A stretch of 64,000 nt of DNA from an uncultured Clostridium sp. Its GTDB lineage: Bacteria > Bacillota > Clostridia > TANB77 > CAG-508. The stretch lies in the NCBI GenBank assembly GCA_900555615.1, contig USMB01000002.1, positions 33,230-97,229 on the forward strand, in the 5' to 3' direction. Of the stretch, positions 49,301 through 61,300 are shown piece by piece. Made by a program: the position numbers and the translations under genes. The notes beneath the pieces were generated by a model, which made no database searches, had not been told where the DNA came from, and worked only from the letters and a program-made list of their open reading frames with translations. The first letter of the stretch is position 1. The number at the start of each line of letters is the position of its first letter.

Positions 49301-52300
49301 ACAACAAGCGTATTTTTAGGAGGAAAAATCCAAAGACAGAACATTGAAAATATAACATTTGAAAAAATAATATCAAGTGCAGTGTATAATCATACAACTA
49401 AGGAAATCACAGATACAACAAGAGCATGGGATGTATCAGCACAAGGTGACCAATCTATAGTTGCTTGGTATGTGGACAGTGAAAAAAATGCAAATGGAAT
49501 GTATAAAATTCATATAGCAAATAATAATGTTACAACAATAGCAGCAGATTCAAAAACAACAGATGTAAGTAATAGCATAATATATGCAAACCAAAACTCC
49601 ACACAATTATTCTCATATATAGGTTATGCAACAGGATGTACAGCAACAACAACAATTACTAATTTGAGTTTATTAAATACAACTAGTGTAACAAATATGT
49701 ATAGAATGTTTAGAGGAACTGGATATACCGCAATGACAAAACTAGATTTAGGAGCTTTTGATACAAGCAATGTAACAAATATGTCAGCAATGTTTGAGAC
49801 AACTGGATATACCGCAATGCAAACATTAAATTTAGGAACAAGCTTTAAGACAAATAAGGTTACAAATATGGCATATATGTTCAATGCTTGTGGTGAAACT
49901 GCATTGAAAAGCTTAGATTTAGGCACAAACTTTAATTCAAGTGAAGTAACAAATATGTATAGGATGTTTAGAAGATGTGGATATTCTGCAATGACAAGTA
50001 TTAATTTAAGAAATATGAATACAAGTAAAGTAACAAACATGAGTGGAATGTTTTATGAAACAGGTAGAACTAAATTAACGACCTTAGACCTTGGAACAAA
50101 TTTTAATACAAGTAAAGTAACAAACATGAGTGGAATGTTTAATTGGATGGGGGCATTAACTACTTTAAATTTAAGAGATAAATTTGATACAAGTAATGTA
50201 ACAGATATGAAGAGTATGTTCTGGGGAACAGGATATAGCAATATGACAAGTTTCAGCTTAGGTGATAAATTTAATACAGGTAAAGTAACAGATATGAGTG
50301 GAATGTTTTATGATTTTGCACATAATATTTCAAAACTAGATTTAGGAGATAATTTCTATACAACAAGTGCAACAAATATGACTAATATGTTCTATCAAGC
50401 AGGACAAACTGCAATGACAGTGTTAGATTTAGGACCAGCATTTACAAGAATTGCAGATACTCGTACAAATATGTTCTATAACACAGGAAAATCTGGAAAT
50501 GTAGTTTATGCATCAGAACAAATTTACTTAGATAAAAATAACTTCAAACTAAACACAAGTGTAACAACATCAGCAATAAATTATACAAGAGGAACAATAA
50601 ATCCAAGATATAGAACAGAATGGATAAAACAATCATCACAAATAACAATAGATAGTGCAAATCCAAAAAATAGTAAAATAACAATAACACTAAGAGGTAG
50701 AACAAATGCCGAAGCAGGAAAAGAGTTTACAAGTAATGTAACAAGCTCGTTAACACAAAGTCAAATAAATGACCAAATAAAAGTATTTATAGATGGCAAA
50801 GAGGCAACAACAATAACCAAAACAATAGGAAATGCAACAGCAGATACTAATGCTACAACAGGAGCAAGTGATGTAGTTCAAGTATTAACAATAACAAATT
50901 TCCAAGAAGCTGCAAGACAAAGTGGAAAAAGCTACAAAGAGTGGAGTGGTAATATTTCATTAAAGATAGCTAAAAAGACATTAACAGATACTAAATATTC
51001 AAACCAAAACTTAAGTGCAATAGACACAACAGGAACAATGACAGACATAGTTTTAGCTGGAACAGGAACTGAAAAACAAAATGATACAACAAGTACTTCT
51101 ACAATGTTTACTGACTTTGTAAAGCCAGAGTTTAATTATTTATCATCAGAAACTACAATAAATCATGATACAAAAACAGTTACAATATTGTTCAGTGTAA
51201 GAGATAAATATTTTAGCAATTCAGGATTAACAGCAGATACAACAGCATCTAAAATTTCAGTAACAGTTGCTGATGAAGAGATAAATAGTAAGATAACTAA
51301 GAAACTAGAAGTTGTTGAAGAAGAAAAAGATACAGTAAATGGAAAGAACAAAAAAGTTGGAGAAAAATATAGATTAACAATAACAGGACTAGACCATAAA
51401 GATGGAACTCATTACAGTGGAATAATGCAATTAGGATTTGCAAAAGACTTAGTAGCAGACTTTTCTGGAAACAAAAATGATTCACAAACAATAACAATAG
51501 GAGTAGACACACCAAATGGAACAGGCTCTGGAACAATAGTTGATGTTGTAAGTCCGGTATGGTCAATAGCTAGCACAAATGCTATAACTGGAGTTATAAA
51601 ATTAAGAGTAACAGATAAATATTTGGTAAAAGCAGATAGTATATTTGCATTAACTAAAGATAGTATTAAAGTAATAGTAAATGGTGTTGAATCAACAACA
51701 ATTGAAAAATCGTTATCAGGACCAACAGAGATTACAGCTAATCAAGTATATGAATATACTTTAACATTATCAAATATAGAACCAAGTGATGGAGGTTATA
51801 CAGAATTTACACCAATTGACCCAATAGTAGGAGGAACAGCAAAATATAGAAATGAAAATGGTGGAGATGTTAAATTAAGAATTGTTGCTGGAACAGTAAC
51901 AGATAAATATGGAAACAAAACATTACAACAAGATTTAGTAGTTGGAAGTTTGGATAATACAAAACCAGAAGTATATTATGTTCAAACAACTAGAGATAAT
52001 ACAAATCATAAAGCAACTATAGTATTTAATGTAACAGATAAAAACTATTATTCATCTAAGATTATAGGAACAGATGAAATGTCAATTTGGATGGATGGAA
52101 CACAAATTGATTCAAATATAACAAAAACAATTACTAAAAAAGTAGAGATAAAAACTACAATTGACAATAAAACAAAAGTAGTTGGACATCAATATACATT
52201 AGAAATAAATAAACTTAGAGAAACAGACCAAACATTTATAAATTCAGCTAGAAGTTATAGAGAATATAGTGGTACTTTACAAGTAAAAATTAATCCAACA

Positions 52301-55300
52301 GCAGCAAGAGATATTAAAGGTAACACAATAAATCAAAATACAGCAACATTATCATCATTTGTTGATACATTAAAACCAGAAGTGGTATATAAATATTCAT
52401 CATCAGATATAAATAAAGAAAATAAAACATTTTCAATGACTTTTGATATTGTAGACAAATATTATAATTCAGCAAGCTCAAGTGCAATATCTATAAGTGA
52501 TTTAGCAATTAGAATTGATGGAAAAGAACCAGATTGGTCAAAAGTAACAAGAACACTAACTCCAACAGGAGGAGACGATATAACAGCAACAAATATAAGC
52601 TATACAGATAATGGAACTATAAAGACAGGAAATAAAGTAGTTGGAAAACGTTATACGTTAACATTATCTAATCTAGAGCAACTTCAAACTAAAGATATTT
52701 CTGGAAATTATATAGAATATAGTGGTGTGGTTTCAGTAGTAATTCCACAAAACAAAGTTGCTGATATAGGAACAACAGGAGATAAAACAAATTTAAATAA
52801 AAATATTACAACAACAATTACATCTGGTATTAGTCTTCCAGGAGGTTCTGGAAATGATCAGGTAGTCGATGTTGTAGATCCATTAGTTGAGAAAATAACT
52901 TCTTCAGCTAGTGCAGTTAATAAAACAGCATCAGTTAACTTTAAGATAACTGATAAGTATTTTGCAAAAAGTACATTGACACAAAATAATATAAAAGTTT
53001 TAGTTAACGGAACAGAAGTTACAGGAAAAATAACAGGATTTACAAGTAAAGAATTAAAAGAAGATAGAACTTCAGGTTCAACAACAACTCAATTTCAATA
53101 TGGTGTTGAATATACAGTAAATGTTGGTGGATTTGATTCAAATGTTAACCAAGTTATAGTTAGAATTCCTCAAGGAGTTGTAACAGATACATCTGCAAAT
53201 GGTAATAAACAAACAGATTTAGTATTGTATAATGTATTAAAGAAAACAGATACAGAGTCAGCTATTACAAGTGTATTTTTAGGTGGTAAAATACAAAGAC
53301 AAAATATTTATAATATAACATTTGAAAAAGTTATTCCAAATTCAGTATACAATCATGCTACTAAAAAGATTTCAGATACAACAAGAGCATGGGATGTATC
53401 AGCACAGGGAGACCAATCTATAGTTGCTTGGTATGTTGATAGTGAAATAAAGAATAGCACTTATAAAATTCATATAGCAACTAATAGCCAAGTTCCAGGA
53501 CAAACAACTGTAGGAAATAATGAGATATTTGCAAATGTTAATTCATCAAGATTATTCCAAAACATAGGATATTCAACAAATTGTACAGCAACAGAGGTAA
53601 TTACAAATCTTAATTTATTAGATACAGCTAGTGTAACAGACATGAGATGGATGTTCCAGTATACAGGTTATAATGCAATGAAAAAATTAGACTTAAGTAG
53701 CCTAGATACAAGAAATGTAACTCTTATGAGTGCAATGTTTTATGGAACAGGATATAAGGCAATGGACACCTTAACTTTTGGAACGAACTTTAATACAAGC
53801 AAAGTTACAACAATGGAATATATGTTCTATGAAACAGGTTATACAGCAATGCAAACTCTAAATTTAGGAAGTAACTTTAATACAAGTAAAGTAACAAATA
53901 TGCAATATATGTTTAGAGATTGTGGACATGATGCATTAACTGCTTTAGACTTAGGAAGTAACTTTGATACAAGCAAAGTAACAAATATGGATAGTATGTT
54001 CTATAGAGTTGGTTTTGCAAAACTAGAAACATTAAACTTAGGCAACAATTTTAATACAATTAAAGTAACAAGTATGGGTGGAATGTTTGCTGGAGTAGGA
54101 CAAACCTCTCCATTAAAAACATTAGACTTAGGAAAGAATTTTGATACAAGAAATGTAACAAACATGAGTTATATGTTCCATTGCACAGGAACTTCGGGAA
54201 TGACAAGTTTAGACTTAGGAGATAAATTCTATACAACAAGTGCAACAAATATGCAGAACATGTTCTATCAATTAGGAACAAATGCGATGACCTTATTAGA
54301 TTTAGGACCAGCATTTACAAGAATTGCTGATTCTTATACAGATATGTTTACAAATGCAGGAAAATCTGGAGAAATGAAAATTTATGCATCAGAGCAAATT
54401 TATTTGGATAAAAATAATTTCAAACTAAATACAAGTGCAACAGAATCAGCAATAAGTTACACAAGAGGAACAATAAATCCAAAATACAGAACAGAATGGG
54501 TAAAAGAAAGCTCATCAATAAGTACAGCTAATAAAAATATAACAATTACATTAAGAGGTAGAACAAATTCAGAAGCAGGGGTAGACTTTACAAGTAATGT
54601 AACAAGTTTATTAACACAAAATCAAATTAATGATCAAATAAAAGTATTTGTAGATGGAAAAGAAGCAACAAGTATAACCAAAACAATTGCTACAGCTACA
54701 ACAGATAAAAATGCTGTAACAGGAGCAAATGATGTAATACAAGTATTAACATTATCAAATTTTGAAGAAACAGCTAGACAAAGTGGAAAGAGTTACAAAG
54801 AATGGAGTGGTAACATTTCATTAAAGATAGCTAAAAAGACTTTGACAGATGAGACATATTCAAACCAAAACTTAAGTGCAATAGACACAACAGGAACAAT
54901 GACAGATATAGTTTTAGCAGGAACTGGAACAGAAAATAAAAATAATACAACAAGTACATCAACAATGTTCACAGACTATATAAAACCAGAGTTCACATAT
55001 AGTTTCTCAACAGGAAATATAAATTATATAGATAAAACATTAACAGTAGACTTTACTGTAACAGATAAATATTTCGAAAGTACAATATTAAAAACAGATA
55101 CAACAGCTCAAAATATTACATTAAAACTAAAAGATGATGAAACAGCACCAGTAAACAGTAATGTAACAAAAGAATTGAAATATGTTTCAGACGTAATGGA
55201 TACAGTAAATGGAAAATCTGTAAAAGTTGGAGAAAAATATAAATTAGTAGTAAAAGGATTAGAGCAAAAGACATTAAATGGAGATTACAAAAACTACAGT

Positions 55301-58300
55301 GGTCCAATGAGTATATCATTCCCAGCAGGAACAATAAAAGATACATCAGGAAACTTAAGTGATGCAAAGACAATCACAATAGGTGTAAATGAACCAGATA
55401 ATACTGGAACAGATAAAATTGTCGATGTTGTAGATCCAATGTGGAGAACAGATAATATAAACATAGACTATACAAATAAACAAGTAACAGTAGATTTAAT
55501 AGGAACCGATAAATATTATGCAAGCAATAGCCTAACAACAGATAAAATTAAAGTTTTAGTTGACGGAGAAGAAGCAACAAGCATAAAGAAAACATTAAGT
55601 ACTGCTAGTACAATTCAATATGGAGTTAAATACACATTAACACTTTCAAATTGGGAAGAAAGTACAAAACAATCTGGAAAACAATTCTTTGAATGGAGTG
55701 GTACAACAAAGATTGAAATTGCAGCAGATACATTAAAAGATGAATCAAATAACACAAGTAATAAACAACAATTTACATTAGGGCATGTAGACTTTATAAA
55801 ACCAAAAATTGAAAGAGTATCATCAACAAAGAATGCAAGCAACAAGACAGAAACAATAGTGTTTAATGTAATTGATAAATACTTAGATGTAACAGATTTA
55901 GTTACAGAAAGTGATATTTCAGTATATGTAGATAATGAATTAGCTTCACAAATAAGCAAGAAATTAACAAAAGTATCTGATATATCAGGAACTGTAAATG
56001 GAGTATCTAAAGTAGTTGGACATCAATATCAATTAGTATTAAGTAACTTTGAGCAAAAGAGAACAGCAATTAACTACAACAGAGAATATTCTGATTGGAG
56101 TGGCAATGTAAAAATCAAGATTGCTAAAGATGCTGTAAAAGATACAAATACACCAACACCTAATAAAAATGATGAAACAGAAATTGCAGGAGAATTTATT
56201 GATTTTATAAAACCAAATGCAACATATCAATATTCATCATCAAATATAGATTATAATGGAAAAACATTTACAATGGTATTTGATATAACAGATAAACACT
56301 ATAGTTCAGCTACATTAGCATTAAGTGATTTAACTATTAGAATAGATGGCGAAGAACCAAATTGGGATGATACAGGAGTTCATGGAGTAATTAAACAACT
56401 TACTATTATAGATAGGACTAATACTGTAAATGGCCAAACACAAACAATTGGTAAACGTTATACCTTAAAACTTTCTCATTTAGAGCAATTAGAAAAATTG
56501 GCAGGAAAAGAAACAATGGATTACAGTGGTGTAATTACAGTTGCAATTCCTAAAGATAAGGTAGCAGATACTTCTGAAAATAAAAATGATGCTTTAACTA
56601 TTACTTCTGGTATAGAAGTTAAAGGTGAAACAGGAAAAGGAGAGATAGGACTTCCTGCTAATAATACAGTAATGGCTATAGGAACTAACCCTGGAGGAAG
56701 CAGTGCTAGTAGTAGTTTTGCAAATATGAATGTTTATGCATTAGAAATTTCTAATGAAACAGGAATAATAGGAAAATATGATGCTACAAATAATACTGGA
56801 AATGGACATAGTAACTCTACAACAACATGGAAAGACCTAAATGGAAGCAATAATGGTACAATTAATGGAGCAATTTGGGGAAATAATTATTTAAAATTTG
56901 ACGGAGTAAATGATTGGGTAAACCTAGGCCAAATGAGCTTTACTAATTATGCAAGTTTAGATATAACAATGTCAATAGATAAAGTTCAAAGTGGTGAGGT
57001 TGATCTTGTTTCAAACTTTGAAGATGGCGGTATAGGAATATACTTAATGAATGGCGTACCAAGATTTTCTATATATAGTAAAAATTTGAATAAATATATA
57101 GAAATTAGTGCAGACACAGCCTTAACAGTTGGTGAAAAAACAAATATTAAAGGTATATATGATGGAAATAACTTATACTTATATATAAATGGAAATCCAG
57201 TAACAGGAACTGTAGTAGACGTTGTAGACCCAATATGGGAAAGAGTAAGTTCATCAGCAAGTGCCGCAAATCAAACAGCTACAATTACAGTAAGAGGAAC
57301 AGATAAATATTTTGCAAGCAGTGCTTTAACAGCAGATAAGATAAAAATTCTTATAAATGGAAAAGAAGTTTCAACAAATGTTTCAGTAAATGTTGGAACG
57401 GCAACACCAGTATATTCAGCAGATGGAACAACAAGAATAGGAGACCAATATACAATAACACTTAGTGGTTCTGGATTACCTAAAGATACTAACCAAATTA
57501 AAGTTCAAATCCAAGAATGTGCATTAACAGATACTTCTGGAAATAAGAATAAAGCAACAGATTTGATAGTATTTAATGCATTAGCAAAGACAGATACAGA
57601 AACAAGTGCAACAAGTGGATTCTTAGGAAGTGCAAGTAGTGCTAATACAAAAGTAAAAACAATCCAAAGACAGAACATTGACAATGTAACATTTGTAGAT
57701 AATATACCTTCAACAGTATATGATAAATCAGCACAAGCATATGTTGATGATAAAGCATGGGATGTTTCAGCAATGCAAGATAAGTCAATTTTAGCTTGGT
57801 ATACAACAAATGCTAATGGAAGTTTAAAAGTTTACATTGGTAGTGATAATGAAATATTTGGAAATTATAATTCTAGCTATTTATTTAAATATATTGGATA
57901 TTCAGACAAGTGTACTTCAGCAGAGACGATTACTAATATTAATTTATTAAATGTAAGCAGTGTAACAAATATGAGAGGAATGTTCTGGATGACTGGATGG
58001 AGAAGCATGAAAAAATTAGAGCTAGGAGCTAATTTTGATACAAGTAATGTAACAAGTATGTTATGTATGTTTGGAGAAACAGGAAAACAAGCTATGACAA
58101 CTTTAGACTTAGGAAGCAAGTTCTATACAAGTAAAGTTACTGATATGAGCTATATGTTTAGTCAAGCAGGATGGGTTGCAATGACAAGCTTGAATTTAGG
58201 TGGAAACTTCAATACAGTTAGTGTAACTAATATGAATAATATGTTTAGTAATACTGGACATGAGGTATTGACAACTTTAAATTTGGGCGGAAACTTTAAT

Positions 58301-61300
58301 ACAAGTAATGTAACAGACATGGCACATATGTTTGAAGCTACAGGATATAAGGCAATGACAGGCTTAGATTTAGGTGAAAAATTTAATACAAGTAGTGTAA
58401 CAAATATGAATAGTATGTTTGAAGAAACAGGATATACAGCAATGACAAGCTTAGATTTAGGTGGCAATTTTAATACAGTTAAGGTAACAAATATGAATGC
58501 AATGTTCTATAGAACTGGTCGCACAGCAATGACAACATTAAATTTAGGAAGCAATTTTGATACAACAAATGTAACAGATATGAGATCAATGTTTAATGAA
58601 ACTGGATTCACAGCAATGACAAAATTGGACTTAGGTGATAAGTTTAATACAAGTAAAGTAACTAATATGTACAGAATGTTCTTTAATACAGGGGCAACTC
58701 AAATGACATTATTAGATTTAGGACCAGCATTTACAAAGATAGCAGATGGAAACATTACTATAGATTCAAATACACTTAAAGCATATTCAGAGATGTTCAC
58801 ATATACTGGAAAAAATAATGCAATAACAATTTATGCATCAGAACAAATTTACTTAGACAAAAACAACTTCAAGTTAAACACAGATGCAACAAGTTCTGCA
58901 ATAAACTACACAAGAGGAACAATAAATCCAAGATATAGAACAGAATGGATAAATGAAAACTCAAAAATAACAATAGATACAGCAAATCCAAAGAACAGTA
59001 AAATAACAATAACATTAAGAGGTAGAACAAATGCAGAAGCAGGAGTAGACTTCACAAGTAATGTAACAAGTTCATTAACACAAGCAAAACTAAATGATCA
59101 AATTCAAATATTTATAGATGGTGAGCAAGTTGATGGACTAACTAAAACAATAGGAGATGCAACAGTAGTAAAAAATGCAGTAACAGGAGCAAATGATGTA
59201 ACACAAGTATTAACATTATCAAACTTTGAAGAATCAGCAAGACAAAGTGGAAAGAACTTCAAAGAATGGAGTGGTAATATAATATTAAAGATAGACAAAA
59301 AGACATTAAAAGATGACAAATATGGAAACCAAAACTTAAAGGCAATAGACACAACAGGAACAATGCAAGACATTGTAATACAAGGAACTGGAACAGAAAC
59401 AAGCAATAATACAACAAGTACAACAACAATGTTTACAGATTACATTAAGCCAGAATTTACATATGAATATGCAAATACTCAAATAGACTATGACAAAAAG
59501 ACTGTAACAGTGGTATTTGATGTAACTGATAAATATTTTAAACAATCAACAGTATCTTTAGACAATACAACAATAAAAGTTGATGGAAAAGATGTAGATT
59601 GGACAAAAGTAAATAAAACATTAGCAAAAAAGAAAACAAATGCAGACCAAAAAGTTGGAGAAATCGTTTATAAAACAGATGGAACAATCTGGTACCCAGT
59701 AAATGGTAAATTACAACAAATTGGTGAGAGATATGAACTTATAGTAAGTGGTTTAGAAACAAAGAATGGTGAAGGTTACAGTGGTACAATGACATTAGCA
59801 TTTCCAAGTGGAATTGTAACAGACCAATCAAATAATTCAAACTCTGCAAAAACTATAACACTTGGTATAGATGACCCAGAAAATCATGGAGACCACAAAG
59901 ACCCAATAGTAGTCGATGTTGTAAATCCATTATGGAGTTATGGAACAAGTAGTATAAACAGAGTAAGAAATGGAGCAACAGCAGATACAGTAGACCTAAC
60001 AATTATCGGAAGTGATAAGTATTATAAAGCAAATACATTAACAGAAGATAAGATAAAGGTATATGTAGATGATAAATTACAAGTTTCAATAACTAAAAAG
60101 TTAACTCAAATAACAGATACAGCAACATTAAAGAAATTAGCTACAAAACAAGGATTAGCAGATATAAATAACTTGAAATTTACAGGATATAAGTTAACTC
60201 TAGGAAATTTCGGAACAATAAACGGAGTTACAAAGATTGTAATAGATGCTGGAACAATCCAAGACGAAAGTGGAAATAAGAATATAGAAACAACGATAAA
60301 TGTTGGAAATATAGAATGGATTGAAAATGGAGATAGCAGTACAAATCAAAAATATCCAGCATTCAGAAATAGTATTGTAGACTTCATAAAACCAGTAATC
60401 AAATACAAATATTCAGCTGTAGAAGGAGCAAGAAATCCTGATATAGATTATGAAGCGAGAACATTAACAGTTAAATTTACGGTAACAGATAAATATTTAC
60501 GCGAAAGTACAATAATAAAAGCAGATGGAACATTAAATACAGATGCAGTAAAGATTAAAGTTGCTGGAACAGATTTAACAACTCAATTACATACAGTAAT
60601 TACTTCAGCAGATATTACAGATGGAAAAGAATATACATTAGTAATATCAAACTTTGAATTAGTATATAACACTGGAAAAGGATATGAAGACTATAGTGGT
60701 GAGGTACAATTAGTATTTGAAGCAAATAAGATTGATGATACATCAGGAAACAAAAATGATGCAACAACAATTACAATTGACACAGATGATGGAGATGATC
60801 CAGACCATTCAATAATAGTCGATGTAATTGACCCATTAATAGAAAAAACAAAAGATAGCTTAAGTGTTAGAAATGCTCAAAATAATATTGTAAGAGACTT
60901 AAATACAGAAACAGGTGTAGTATCAGTAGAAATAAGAGCAACAGATAAATACTTAAAATCTGGAACACTTGAAAACGTTGCAGAACAAATTAAAGTAATG
61001 ATGATAAAACCAGGAACAACAGAAAAGGTTGAAGTTCCAACAATCAAGAAAACTGTAACAAAATTAAGACAACAAGCAACATTGATTGATTATAAAATTA
61101 CATTAAGCAACTTTGAAAGAAACGAAGGAATAACAAGTATTGTAATTCCAAAAGGAGTAATCAAAGATACATCAGAAAATGGAAATAAAGAAACAGAATT
61201 ATTAGTAGGAAATGCAACATGGGTTGAAGTTGGAGATTCAAAAGGAGAATATACAGCATTTAGAGATAGTATTATAGATGTAACTAGACCAACATGGAAC

